From Paraspadella gotoi (lineage: Eukaryota > Animalia > Chaetognatha), in NCBI GenBank assembly GCA_051294375.1, contig CM119269.1, positions 22,493,808 through 22,557,807 on the forward strand: a DNA stretch of 64,000 nt, given 5' to 3'. Each line of letters begins with the position of its first letter. Within the stretch, counting starts at the first letter, position 1. Below the pieces are notes generated by a model. It was not told where the DNA came from and did no database searches. It saw only the letters and a program-made list of their open reading frames with translations. The translations under genes were made by a program, and so were the position numbers. Of the stretch, positions 1-12,900 are shown one piece after another.

Positions 1-349
1 TGAGCTATGGCAGTGTCGGAGGCCTTCGCTAAAGGAGTGGACTTGGATGTCATCCTTCGTGCTGGAGATTGGTCAGGCGCTCAGACCTTCTTTCGTTTTT
101 ATTGTCGGGAGTCGGCTTGGGGCTACTCTCAGCGGGGTCTTGTGGATGAGTGATTTTCCCTTCCGATGCATCCCGAGAGATGGAGCTGAGAGGAGGAAGA
201 GGAGGAGAGGAGCAGGAGGAGGAGGAGTCTACTCCTTCTGCTTTTCTCTTTTGTCTTTCTTGTGGACACACGACATCTGGAACAAAAGAGCATCGGCGTG
301 GTGGAGAGTAGCCATGAAGAATCCCGGTTCCATTTGGAACCAAAAATTG

Positions 350-587
350 AATTGAAACATACTTTGAAACATTATACCACTTCATTGATAGGGAAGCCAG
401 GTACTCTGGGAGTGAATAAACGAGACTGTGAGAAAGTCTTGATTGAAAGCTTGCAGGGACTTGCTATGTCATTATCTTGTAAGAGTGATGGAGGCCTTAA
501 ACCACCTAAGCCTGTCCAAAGTCAGGGGCAAAATAGCTTATTTATTAAATGAATGGATAATTTTTATATTGGTTGTACCAATTTCAT
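350..587 (+). repeat. Dispersed ~240 bp repeat family R1, copy 1
   Basis: Near-identical to 56460-56692 and 56780-57016 (ccacttcattgatagggaagccagg...ggttgtaccaatttcat); partial copies at 40427-40585 and 50410-50536. Confidence 0.9.
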
Positions 588-872
588 TGAAGTTTGTCGC
601 AATATTTTTTTTATTGTTTGTTCGGGGTATTATGAAAACGTCTTGGAGCTTGCCCGAATGCCGTCTTTATGAAATTCGAATATATATATATTTTAAATTT
701 GTCTTATTATAAATGTATTGAATCGCCTCCCAATTTATCCACCTTAAAAAAAACTAAGCTCATTTTAATTGCTTTTTTAATTAATTAATCAACCCTAAAT
801 TATTTAATTTATCTATTGTGCCAATTATGCAAACTCACTGGTTCTCACAATAAATAAATTCATATTCATTAT

Positions 873-3800
873 TCAAACCGTTTGCGGCTTAGTCCTGCGG
901 GATCGATACCCCTCACTCTTGTTCAAACGATGTCGCACAAACATGAGAATTACGTATAAAACGATAACAATGACGATGACAATAACGATAGCAACGATGA
1001 CTACTACTTTGTCTTCGCTACCATCGTCAGTCGCTTGGACTGGTTCATCCTCCACCGGATTTCCGTCGACGACGTCATTGACGAATCCGAGTCCAAAGGT
1101 GACGGCGTTGGAGGCTCGACCGACGTTTCCCGCTTCGTCGACGCCCACCACGACGACCCTGTACGACCCCGGCCCGGCGTCGGGAGGCTGCACGTTGAAG
1201 GTCATGGTTTCCGTCTCTCCGGGTCCCACCGTCGACGCCGTCTCTCGCTCCTCGCTCCCGTTAAAGATCCTCGAGTCGTTAGAGGCGAAGAGGAATCGAT
1301 ACCCGGTCACGTTACCCTCGTCGTAGTCGTCCCCCGTCGCCGTGAAGGTCAGTGTCACGTTCCCCGTCGAGAGAGACGTCGCCACCAAGCGGAGATCAAC
1401 GATACGATCCGGGGAGATCTCGTCGACGCCGCGTTTGAGCCTGGCGTCGACGACGGCCACGTTGGCGGCTTCCGTCTTCAATTCCGAGGCTCCGGCCGTC
1501 GTGGACCGAGAGACGTTTCCTTCGATGCCTTCGTCGACGAACGCCACCGGTTCTAAGGGTCTGATGTTGTCCTCATCAAAGGCGATGGCGGCGCCGCTGA
1601 ATCCCGCGTTCTTGTAGACTCGAACGGCGGAGTCGTTGGTGCTGGAGACGAGAATCGTTGTCGAGTATTGACCGATCGCCGTGAATTGAGAAAAGTAGCG
1701 AGAGTAGACGCCGTCGTCGATCGACGCGTCCGCCCCACGACCGTCGTCTCGCAATTCCAGTTGCAGCGGCTCGTCCTCTCCGGGTCGATCGATCAACGCG
1801 AAAACTTGAAGCCTCAAAACTGGATTCCCTCCGCGAGTCGCTTCCACGTAGATGGTCATGGGCGACGGGTATTCGACGTCTTTAGATTTAATTGAAGAAT
1901 AAATCGTCAGCGGCGAAACCGTTTTGTTTTTCCCGATTTCCCGCGCTTTTGTTAAGACGTTGACTTTATACGTTTGTAAGGAAGTCGTCGTCTTTCGAAT
2001 GACGTAATCCCAACGACCCATCTCAGCGTTTTCTGGAATCGAGACGATGATCGTCTTCAATCCAGAATCGACTTCGTAGTTGTCGTCCTTCTCCGAGTAG
2101 ATCTTTCCCGACGGGCTCGTCAGCGTGACTCGAATCCCGGCGCCGGATTTTCCGAATCCCGGTTCTCCGTAATCGAAGATGAATTTGGTGTCTCGTCCCA
2201 CGGAGGAATCGACGTTGACCGAGTCGGTCACGTGATCGGTTCCGATGGCGCCGGCGTCGCTGGCCAAAGCTATCTTCTTTTCTTCGACGTCGTCGTCGTC
2301 GTCTCCGCAAGGGTTTTTGGCGAAGGCGTCGTTGAGGGAATTTGATTTGACGTTGTTCGAATCGAAGAAGAAGTTGCCGCCGAAAGCTTTCGCGATTTCA
2401 ACCATCGAAGCATCGGCGTCCTTGGTAAAGCTGATGGTGTCGACGAAAACATTGGCTCGATTGAGGGCAGTGATGACAGAATAATCTTTGGGACCCGGTG
2501 GAATGTTTTGTATGCCATCGGTCAACAGCATTATACGGTCGCCGCTTCTCGTGCGGCCGAGATTCTCCACTCCTTTTAGAAGACCCGAGCCGATGCTGGT
2601 GGATCCATCCGTGTCGGGAGGCAAGCATCTATTGACGAAATTGATTCTGCTCCTCTCGTCGGTAAGCTTTCTCATTCCGCATCGGATTTCTCCGTCCGAG
2701 CTGAAAAATGCTGTGCCTACTTCCGTATTTTCGTTCAACGTGAAGCGGATCAACTTTTGCAAACCCTTGTTCATCTTTTCCAATTTGTCACCGTCCATGC
2801 TGCCGCTGATGTCAAGAACGAGCGAGATGCGGCATCGAGGCGCATCCTTTTTCGCTTTCACGACTTTGAACTTGGGCAGAATATCCGTTTTTTTAATATC
2901 TCTAGGAGGGTTGGCCTCTCTAAAGTCCTCGTGCTCCAGCATCACTTCCCACGAACTCTTTCCTTCGCAGAGACGATTCATTCTGTTGGGCGCTTCGTCG
3001 TTGTGTCTGTGGTTTTCGTCGCCGCTAGAATCGCAGTACTGATCCACGTTCGTCGTTCCTTGTCTGTACATGAGGGAGGCTTTGGAAGGATTGGCCGATT
3101 TGAATCCGGGATAAAAACGGCATTTGGCGTTAGTTGGTCGACCCTTGATTAATTGACAGGGTTTGTATCTTCCCCTTCCCGTCACCTGCAGAGAAATCTC
3201 AGGTGAGAGAGAGAGAGCAAGAATGAGAAAGAAAGTAAAACTGTTTTGATGAGTGTCCTTTGAGAACGAGTTACCAGTTACCTCGATTATTTTTCCTTTT
3301 GTGCTGAGCGAACATCGAACGGCTTCGTACTGTTTGGTCTCTGTTGAATAGTACCACTGTTGGTCTCCCTCTTCGGGGTATTCCTCTTGCAAACCCCACC
3401 GGTAGTGACCCCACTCGTGAACGACGACTTTTCCGACATTTCCGTAGTCTCGAGTTACTTTACTTTGGGTCAAGTAGGCTGGGGTTAGGTGGACGAACTC
3501 GCCTGCCACGGTGGAGACGTCTTTCCTTTTAGAAACGTCTGACCGTACGATTTCTGTACGGAATGGACGAATTTACTTACCTTGGTCTCCACACCCACCG
3601 AAACTCTTCACGTACGGACCGTTCCCGTACTTGTTGTTTTTCGGCGCCACGACAAAGTCCGCGCCGGAGTAAGTTTCCTTTTCTTTGGGTAAGTACTCGG
3701 CCTTTTGGCTCCAAGTGGGCGGGATCAATATGGTGACTTCCTTGAAGTAAGCTCTTCGCTTGGTCGAGTCGTAAAGCTGCTTGGAACCGGAAGTGAGGAC

Positions 3801-3983
3801 GCGCTTCACACCCTCGACGATAGCGTCGTCCTCGACGACGTCGGCGTGGATGGCGACGACGACGCCGGTGTAGCCGTTGGCGATCAGTTTGACGCCGGAT
3901 CGTTTGGCGACGGTGACGCCGATCGCGATGGCGAACGTAAAAAGACAGAGGGCGCGTCGGACGCTCATTTTATCGTTTATCAT
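873..3983 (-). CDS. CLCA: Calcium-activated chloride channel regulator (CLCA)-family protein; 3 exons (3983-3581, 3502-3282, 3185-873)
   Basis: Signal peptide, CLCA N-terminal motif (NGYTGVVVAI...RAYFKEVTILIPPTW), HEWGH zinc-metalloprotease motif, Cys-rich region, VWA domain (LVLDISGSM, LLTDG), DDGRGAD...DDGVYSRYF, FnIII-like segment and C-terminal TM helix. GT-AG introns 3580-3503 and 3281-3186 keep the frame. Confidence 0.92.
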
Positions 3984-4937
3984 TTTTAATATTGTTTCTT
4001 TTATTTCTTATCGGATCGAATTTTTAATTTTTAACGAGCGAAATTCGAGTCGAGTGAAAAGATTAGGGATAAGATTAGGGATATTCTCCTTTTATTAAAT
4101 CTATGTCGTCAGATTATCTTTTTTTATTATCAGATTTTTTTCGGACGTGTTGCGGACATTCGCTAGTCTTAACCTTCATTTATTTCTTATCGGATGGGAT
4201 TTTTCACGAGCGAAAATCGTGTCGAGTGAAAAGAGAGAAATAAACAAATTTGATTTTAATTAGATAAAATTTAATTAGTTCGTTTTTTTGTAAATGAAGA
4301 CGAGTCGGTGCCGTATTTTACCGAAGGAAAAGTGAAAAGTTTAAATGTGATGACTAATGGGGGGGATGTGAAAATCCCAGATCGAAGTGGATGGTGAAAA
4401 GAAGGTTGTGAGAGGTTGCAATTGCCGAGCGGATGTATCTACGTATTTATAATGATGAGAGCAAGGAAGTAAATAAGTACAGACATGAAAACAATATTCT
4501 CGTTCGCCTTTTTATGACTTGAAATCGATTTCTACGCATTTGTTTTATGTATATCTGCAGGGATCAAACTTTATGATAAAATGAAAGCTAATATATTGAT
4601 AAAGTGATTTTAAAAAAGATTTAAAAATTGCTCGGGAAATTCGGTGAATGGAGTATAACGACAATAATGAAATACAAAGAATGACTCTTCAGGGAAGTTT
4701 AGTTTATAAAAATCGACAACCATGTCGCTAGATATACTTACTATTTATATAATGCGAACCCTTCATAGTATCAAACGCAGTTGTGTATTCAAGAATAATT
4801 AACATTTAACTAAAGTCGAATCAAGGTCACTTTCTTCTTTTCCTTTTTTTCTTTTAAGAAATCGCGCGATGAAGCTCGAACTCGATCCGTCGTCGAAAAA
4901 GAAAAGTAAACAAAAACGAAAGACGTCGAAAAACAAA

Positions 4938-5813
4938 ATGGCGGACGAAGATGGAGGAAAGGAAAGGGAGGGAGACTCCTCACTTGGCTCCGAAGATTTT
5001 CAGGCGAAAAAAGATAAAAAGGAAAAAAAGGCAAAGGATAAAAAGGAGAAAGATAAAAAGGGAAAAAAAGAAAAAGAGAAATTGACTTCTCTCTTCGAGG
5101 AAAAGAAAGAGAAGAAAGCGAAAAAATTGAAGGAAAGTGAGGATGACGTGACCTCACCTTCTGTCGAAGTCGTGAAGAAGAGGAAGAAAAAGAAGGACGG
5201 AGACGTACCCGATGAACCTCGAGGGAAAAAGAGAAAAGTGGAAGAATCCTCTTCCGAGGAGAAAACGCTCGACGATCCCTCGGTGCCTTTTAACGACGAA
5301 TCCTCGCCTAAAAAGAAAAAGTTGAAAGGAATTCTCAAAAATCGATCCGAAATCAACGAGACGATCGATGACGCCGCCGATTCCAACGACGCCGCCTCTC
5401 ACGACGCCGCGACGCCGAAATCGAAGCGAGAAAAGATGCGGGAAAAACGAAATCATCGTCGTCTCGCGGCGAAATCGTCGCAGCCTTTAAAGAACGCCGC
5501 CGGGGAAGCGATACGCGTCGTCGAAGCCGCTAAATACTTGCGACGATGGAAGAGGGACAAAGGGGGCGTGGCAGACGACGACGGCGAACCGTGGAAATTC
5601 AACAAGATGCGTCAAACGTGGCTCCTCGCCAACATGTTCGACGTCGACGCCGTCGACGACGACGTCTTCTCGATTCTCCTCGATTACTTACGCCCTCTGA
5701 CGGGAAAAGCCAAGGATCGGACGGTGGTGGAGGCGGAGAAGAAGGTGGACGAAGAAGGGGTGGCGCCTTTGGTGGCGGAGAGGGCGAGAGTGGTCGTTCA
5801 GGCGCTTTGTTGA
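4938..5813 (+). CDS. C7orf50: C7orf50-like (WKF/DUF2373 domain) Lys-rich protein, intronless; an in-frame upstream ATG also exists at 4869
   Basis: K/E-rich N-terminus followed by YLRRW...WKFNKMRQTWLL...LLDYLRPLTG, the WKF signature. ATG 4938 has the A-rich context seen at other starts here. Confidence 0.8.
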   Translation: MADEDGGKEREGDSSLGSEDFQAKKDKKEKKAKDKKEKDKKGKKEKEKLTSLFEEKKEKKAKKLKESEDDVTSPSVEVVKKRKKKKDGDVPDEPRGKKRKVEESSSEEKTLDDPSVPFNDESSPKKKKLKGILKNRSEINETIDDAADSNDAASHDAATPKSKREKMREKRNHRRLAAKSSQPLKNAAGEAIRVVEAAKYLRRWKRDKGGVADDDGEPWKFNKMRQTWLLANMFDVDAVDDDVFSILLDYLRPLTGKAKDRTVVEAEKKVDEEGVAPLVAERARVVVQALC

Positions 5814-6029
5814 TTCGGTTTCATCCCCGATTCATTCTTGTTATTCGTATCCACTGTTTGTTGTTATGTTTTGATATTCCAGAGCTCAAAAAAAAAAAAT
5901 GTCGAAACTCAAAAACGCTAGTGATTCGCTGTGTCGCTAATTTTTGAAGCGATGCCGTCAAACGCAACATATTTAAGACAATCATGACATTGAATCCGTG
6001 AAACCAAGGAAGCAACTCAACGACCAACG

Positions 6030-8270
6030 ATGGGCGTCTTTCTGCTGATGGTGGCGTCTCTCCTCGCGGGCGCGGCGGGATGCCTCCTATTGCAGTTTTA
6101 CTTTTTCAAAAGATTCTTGTGGTCGCAGCCGAAGAGAGAGGCGGCGCCGACGGCGCAGTTTCCGAGGGCCTGCATTCCGCCGGTGAGATCGGAGAGGTGT
6201 CATCAGTTAGGAATATTAATGCATAAACTGATAAATGAAGGAATGAAAGGAATGAATACTAAATAAATGTTAAATAGATATTCAGTTGGAAAAATCCTAA
6301 ACTTTAATTGGAGGAACAAATCATTTTGATTTATGCACTTTGTAATTAAAATTGTGGATAAGGCGCTAAGTGGGCTGAAGATGACTATCCGTAACTTCTT
6401 TAACCCCCTCTAGTAGCTACGGAACGGGTCCTGGGCTTGGAACCAGGCTTGAGGGTTTTCCACGCCCCCAAGGCGGCTTACGGCCGTCCTCACACTTCCC
6501 GCAGGGTAGGTACCGGGTTGGGATTGAACCCGGTACCTAGTGGTCATGAGCTGATGGCTTTACTCAATGAGCCACCGGGTCAGGACTGAAGGTGTCATGC
6601 TTAGAGGCGGGGTGAACTTTGCTATGCCCGACTACAAAATAACTTATTATTCATCACTGCAATATGCGAATGAGTTGAAGAAATTTTATATTTTTCAGGA
6701 TCTGCAGCAACTCCTCAAGGATCCGGAGCGACTCCAACGCCCGGAGACTTGCTTCTCTTTCAATCTCTTCGCTCAGTTCCTCTGGAAGGAACTCAAAGAC
6801 ACAAATCTAGTGAGGCAAGTCGCGCGGGAGGGGGCAGGAGGCATTCAGTGAACCTGCCTTTTCACTAACTCTCACGCCGTCTATACAGGCATTGGATGGT
6901 GAAGAAGCTCTCGGTCGAGTTCAAAGAGCTGTTGACGGCGAAGGCTCTCGGTCATTTCATGGAATCCATCGTGTGTCGCGGATTCTCTCTCGGTCCCGTC
7001 TTTCCCGTCGTCTCGGAAGTCGCCGTCCAAAACGCGAAGACGACGTCGGACGGGACCCAGTTGGAGGTGGAGGGGGTAGAGGGGGTGGAGGGTCGATGAC
7101 CGTTTCATTTTTAAAACAATCTCTTCTCTAGATTAATCGAAATGTTTGAAACGATATAAATTTTAAACTATGGCAACAGCCGGGTTGCCTCTGATGGGAT
7201 GGGGCTTCTCACTGTTAGCTTGGGGGGCTTCCGACCCTCAGTGACGCCTCCTGTCACTGGCGCAGTTACCCTAGGACGGTCTCGCTTTGCCAACGCAGAG
7301 GGAAGGACTGTGGATGGAACACAACGCCCGGGATGGTGTGTTCCCCCTCTGAGCCAATGGGATTGGCTGAACGGTGGTGGATGTGAGGCGGTGTGAATAT
7401 ATCGCCACAAAACCCTTTTTTTCCCCCCCTTTTTGATTTTATCTCTCGTCATTTGTTCTCTATGTCTTCTCTTCACTCTCTCTTTTCTTATCATCATCGC
7501 TTTCTCTCTTTCTTTCTTTCTCTCTATTTCTCTCTCTCTCCCTCCCTCTTCGTCTCTCCCCCCCTCCCCCCAAGGAGCTGGATCTCCTCCTTGACATCGA
7601 CTACCCTGAACCGGGCGGGTTCGAACTTGCCCTCGACATCGATCTTGTCTTTCGTCGCTCCATTTATCTCTGCATCAAAGTGACTTCGCTCAAAGGCCGC
7701 GGCCGGCTGCGGCTCACCCGGGATCCTTACACCCACTGGTCCTTCGCTTTCGTCGAGGAACCCCACGTTACTTTTAAGGTGTTTAGGGCCTTTTGTTTAA
7801 TTATTAAATTGTTAAATTATTATTATTATTATTAAATTGTTATAATTACGTTGCTTCGGATTAAGAACGAGTCACGTCTGGAAACGCAGCAGAGTAATTG
7901 GATCGTTTAAATGAGAATGATGAACTCAATCTCGTTTGCTCATTCTCTTGTTTTGATTATTTACGTAATAATTTATTGTATTCTCTCGTGAATTGTCTTA
8001 GTTAAATCTTTACATTTCACATAAACCTTCACCTTTTCTTTCCATCCTCCAATCAAGGTTGACTCCTATTCTCAAGGACGAAACCTGCCTCAGGTGCCCA
8101 ACCTGATCATCGACCAGATCAAGCGCACTCTTCGCAAGCGGCACACTCTTCCCTTCTACAAGATTCGCTACAAACCTTTCTTTCCGCCGCAGCCTTCTGG
8201 AACTCGCGATTCAAGCACGCCGCCGAAGCGGATCGCTTTTTAGGTAGGCTTGCTTTTTCATTTGGATTGG

Positions 8271-8325
<55 letters not shown>

Positions 8326-9963
8326 AGAGAGAGTGTCCACAAGTTGTTGAAAGCCCCCTCCAACCAGCCGACCCCTATTCTCTTCAAAAGGCGACCGCCT
8401 CCTTCCCGGCGATTCCCTCAGCGTGACCATCCTCTCCTGCTCTCGCCTCCGCGCTTCCAACTTCCCCGTCGACGCCCACCTCTTCGTGACGGCGTCGTTG
8501 GACGCGGCGCCGTGGACGGAGTTGTTGACGCCGCTCGACGTGGAGATCTGCAAGAACAATTCGGGCAGGGTCGGACTCTCCTTCAAGTGAGGAAGAGAAA
8601 AAACGAAGAGTATTCCGTTATTGATCATTAAATATCAATAATACTTAATGATTATTAATAATTATTAATTATTATTTTTCAGGGATTGTTTCGTGGCGGA
8701 GAAAGGGAAAGAGGTCGTCGTCGTCGACGTCGTCGAATCACAAAGTCCGGCGATGATGGCGGATATCAGAGAAGGTGGAAAATGCTTACAATAAATTATC
8801 CATTCATTCAATAAACTTGCTATTTTGACTTGGTGAGGTGGGTTTTAGTCAGTTCTTTAATCTCATTTGCATATTGCAGTATTTAATAATTATTTAAATA
8901 ATTTTCAGAAACTGCTTTTCTCTGGATTTGTTTACGACTAATCCACCAACTTGCAATTTTCCACTCATCCGTCCCAACCACCCAAACACCCAAACCCTCC
9001 TCCATCTCCAGGCGATATTCTCATCTCCATCAACGAGACGAAAGTGGCTTCGGCCAAACAGGCCGTCCACCTTCTCCGCAAGACCCTCGACTCTTTCTCC
9101 GTCCGCGTCGAACGGGGACCCGTCATGTCGGGCGGCGGTGGGAGTCGACGCGACGCCACGGCCGACGCCCTCCTCGGAATAGGTGAAGATTCGGCTCACT
9201 TTTCTGAAAGTTGTTCCGTATCTTTGATAATTTTTTTTTAATTTAATTTCTACTTTTAATCTATAATTATTTTTTTATCTTTTATATCATAAGGCCTAAT
9301 CATAAACTTAAAACTTATCCTTAATTTATTCTTAATTATTTTATTATTTAATTATAAAAAATAATAAACTTCATTAGCAAAAGGGCGCTCTCGGATACTA
9401 TGGCCAAAGATTTAATTGATTTAATTTAGATTTAATTTAATCTGTTATAAAAAATTATGTTTATATGTATTCATGATAACTTCAGCGACTCCGGGTCAGA
9501 CGCTTCTTATCGAGGAAGACATCGTTCGGGTTCCGCGGAAAAAGTCTTCCACGGCGGAACCTGGCGCCGCCAACGCCGATTCCCCCAACGGCGACGAAGA
9601 CGCCGACGACGACGACGACAGCTACGTCAACATCACCGTCAAACGCGACGACGACAAAGTGATGCGGGAGGCGGCGCGCGTCGTCGAACTCAGCGGATCC
9701 GTGGACGAGCGGCGCTGGGGCGGGGGAAGCGGAGGCGGCGCCGCGAGGGTCGAAGGTGAGTTAATAAGTCAGGGGAGCGGAGGTTTGGAAGAGTTCAGAT
9801 CCGTAGAATTTTCGTGCGATCTGAATGAACCCCCTGCAACGAAAAAAAATGTTTTAAAAGTTAATTAGTTAATTAATTCTTAATTATTTAATTAACTTTT
9901 TATAAAACTGGTCGACAGTTGAGAGTTGTCGTTTCGTCGTCGCTCATAACGACGTAACCTTCG

Positions 9964-9994
<31 letters not shown>

Positions 9995-12900
9995 TCGAAG
10001 CGACGATCGGATTAAAACGATGACGAGTCGTGAGTTTGTCTATTTAATATTTGGAATATTCATTCTTTAATCTTTATCGATCTTCCTAACTAAAAATTCG
10101 CCCTCCTTAACAATCTCCTTTCAAAACTCGATTTTCATCTTTAAAATTCCTCTTTTCCATCCGAATTGGCGCGAACCAGGTTTCGTGTTACTTTTCGGTT
10201 GTTTCTAATCTCTTTTCCCCCCATCTCTCCTATATTATTCCTCGGTTATTTCTAATCTCTTTCCCCCCCCCAATCTCTCCTATATTATTCCTCGGTTGTT
10301 TCTAATCTTTTCCCCCCATCTCTCCTATATTATTCCTCGGTTGTTTCTAATCTTTTTCCCCCCATCTCTCCTATATTATTCCTCGGTTCTTTCTAATCTC
10401 TTTCCCCCCCCATCTCTCCTATATTCTCCTTATAATCTTCTCTTTCATTCTGTCTAAAATTTCCCTCTTTCGGTCTCTCCCCATTTTTCTTCCTCCCAGA
10501 TTCTTCGATAAACTATCGTATACCTTTACTTCCCAGAATTCTCTCGTCCATCCTCGATGCTGCTTCTCGCCGGCGGCGGCGGATACTACGCCGCGGCCGC
10601 CGCCGCCGTCGCCGCCGGAGAAGCCAAAGAGACGGAAGAGTCTGCGCCGAGTTCGTGGCCCGGAAGGCGGCGCGCTGAAACCGACGCCGACGCCTCTGGC
10701 GGACACGATTCCGATTCTCGTCGGCGAGACGATCACGACCAGAGTCATCAATCGCGGAGACAAAAGATCACGAAGCTGGGTAAGGAAAGGGGTAAGGAAT
10801 AGGGTAAGGGTTAGGGAATATGGTCAGGATTAGGGAAAGGCCCGATTTAAGAGTGACTTATGAATGTTAATAAAAACGGATGACAACAAAATTAAACCAA
10901 AAGACGAAACGGCGACGTCGGTCGGCGAATCCCGGCTGCCGGATATCGGCGACGGAAAAGATGAAGCGGTCGCCGATGAAAGTCAAGATATTTTGGTCGC
11001 CGGTGCCGGAAGTCTAAATGGCGGCGCCGCAATTGAGGAGCCGGTGGCGCCGCCTTTGCCGCTGAAGACCCGGTTGGGGTCTTGGAAAGAAGTCGGTTCG
11101 TCATTTATTTTTTTTTAGTTTCTCTCTGCGTCGGAATTAAGATTTTTTTAAAATTTTTTGGTGATAGCAGTTTTGTTCTTTTTTTTCTTTTTGTCTTTGT
11201 TTTATACGAAATTAGTGACCCAAGGCTACGAAAGGGACGAAATCCTCGCAGATAGTTTTGGACGAGTTTAGTAGGAGTAAATTTTTGGGGGTCGACACTC
11301 GACAGTTGCATGAAATTTTGAAATGGAAAAAATGAAAAGAAACCACATCGCACAGCGGAAGTCGTTGACCCAATTTAGTTTCCACTCTGCACGAATATTT
11401 TCGGTGTTTCGGTTTAATTTTTTACTTTATTTCTTTTTTAATCTTTTTTTAAGTTGTTCACATTCGTTAAAACGAGTAAACTTAAAGGAAATTCAAGGCA
11501 CAAAATTTGACTGAATTTTGTTGGATCATTTCTCGGAAATTAGTTTTCATTTATTTTCTCCAGCGAAACGAACGACGACCTCCATCATCAGCAGCATCAA
11601 CCGGCGCCGAGAGAGATCTTCGTCACCGGCGCCGTTCGGAGATTTCGGCGACGACGAAGACGACGATGCCGCCTCGAAATCGACGCCGTCATCGCCGGCG
11701 TTGACGAAGAGGGCGCCGGGAAGACCGGGCGAGGGATCGGGTGAGTTTATTGACTCATTAAGAAATTCATATACATTTTTTTTAGGTATTTTACATTTCA
11801 CATTTATTTATATATATATTAAATATATATTTAATTAACTTCAGGACGAATCGGTTCCGCTTTGGCTTCAATCCCTTTCGTTCGCGGCGACAAACATTCC
11901 TCCAGAAACGGATCCCTACCTAAAAGTTTGGGTGAGGAAAAAGCTTAGGAGTTTTTTCTTTTTTTATCGTCGCAATCGCTAAGCGTTTGCGACGATATTG
12001 TAACGCTTTTGCCCATGAGTGGCGTCGTCGTCGGCGTTCCAAATTATAGATCGCCTTTTTTATGATTAAATTTGGGTGTATGAAGCTGAAAACTTATATA
12101 CAGCTTCTCATCACCGATGTGCTTAAAATTGAGTCTGGACAGTTATTAAATATGTTTTGTTTACGTTTTATCAAAACAAACAAATTTTTTTCTCTCTTTT
12201 ATTTTCATATTTCTCTCTCTCTCTCTCTCTTTTCTCTTTTAATTACATGTCTCTCTCCCTCTCTCTTTTCCCTATTCACTGATTCATAATAATAGGGAAA
12301 TAAAACGAGTCTGCAGCTGGCTCTGCAGGGGCTTATTCTTTTTCTTTATTTTCTCCTGCTGCTTCTGCTGCTGCCTTTTGATTTCTTTCTTTGCAGCTGG
12401 CTCTGCAGGGGCTCTTTCTTTTTCTCTCTTTTCTCCTGCTGATTCTGCTGCTGCCTTTTGATTTCTTTCTTTTTTCTCTCTTTCTCTCTGTTTTTATTTT
12501 AAAAAAAAGTTGAAATAGCATTCGTGCATGTTATCATTTTGCTATCGCAACATCGGATTTTTATTTCGTTTTGACAATTAATTTTTTTTTTTTTAAATGA
12601 TGGAATTTTTCTTTCCTTTCTATTCTGTCTTTATATTTATTCTTTTCTTCTTTTTCTTTCTGTTTATAAATTATTTTTCTTTTCTCAAATTTGACTTTTT
12701 TAGTATCAAAATTTGTCGTCAATCCAGATTTTTCTTATGCGATTGCGACGATCCTATTGCTTTTAAGATTTTCTTCCTTTCCTTTTCTTATCTTTCTTCC
12801 CTTTTCTTTTCTCTTATTTTTTTTTCTTTCCCCCTTTTTTATTTTTTTATTTCTTTATCCTTTTCCCATTTTTTTTACTTTTCTTCTTTTTTTCTCCTTT

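Noticed and set aside
47-385. ORFs at the window start on both strands
   Set aside because: Low complexity, no recognisable motif, truncated context and partly overlapping repeat R1.
919-3152. Antisense ORFs overlapping CLCA, and similar ones over other exons
   Set aside because: Expected shadows of GC-rich codon usage; no independent motifs.
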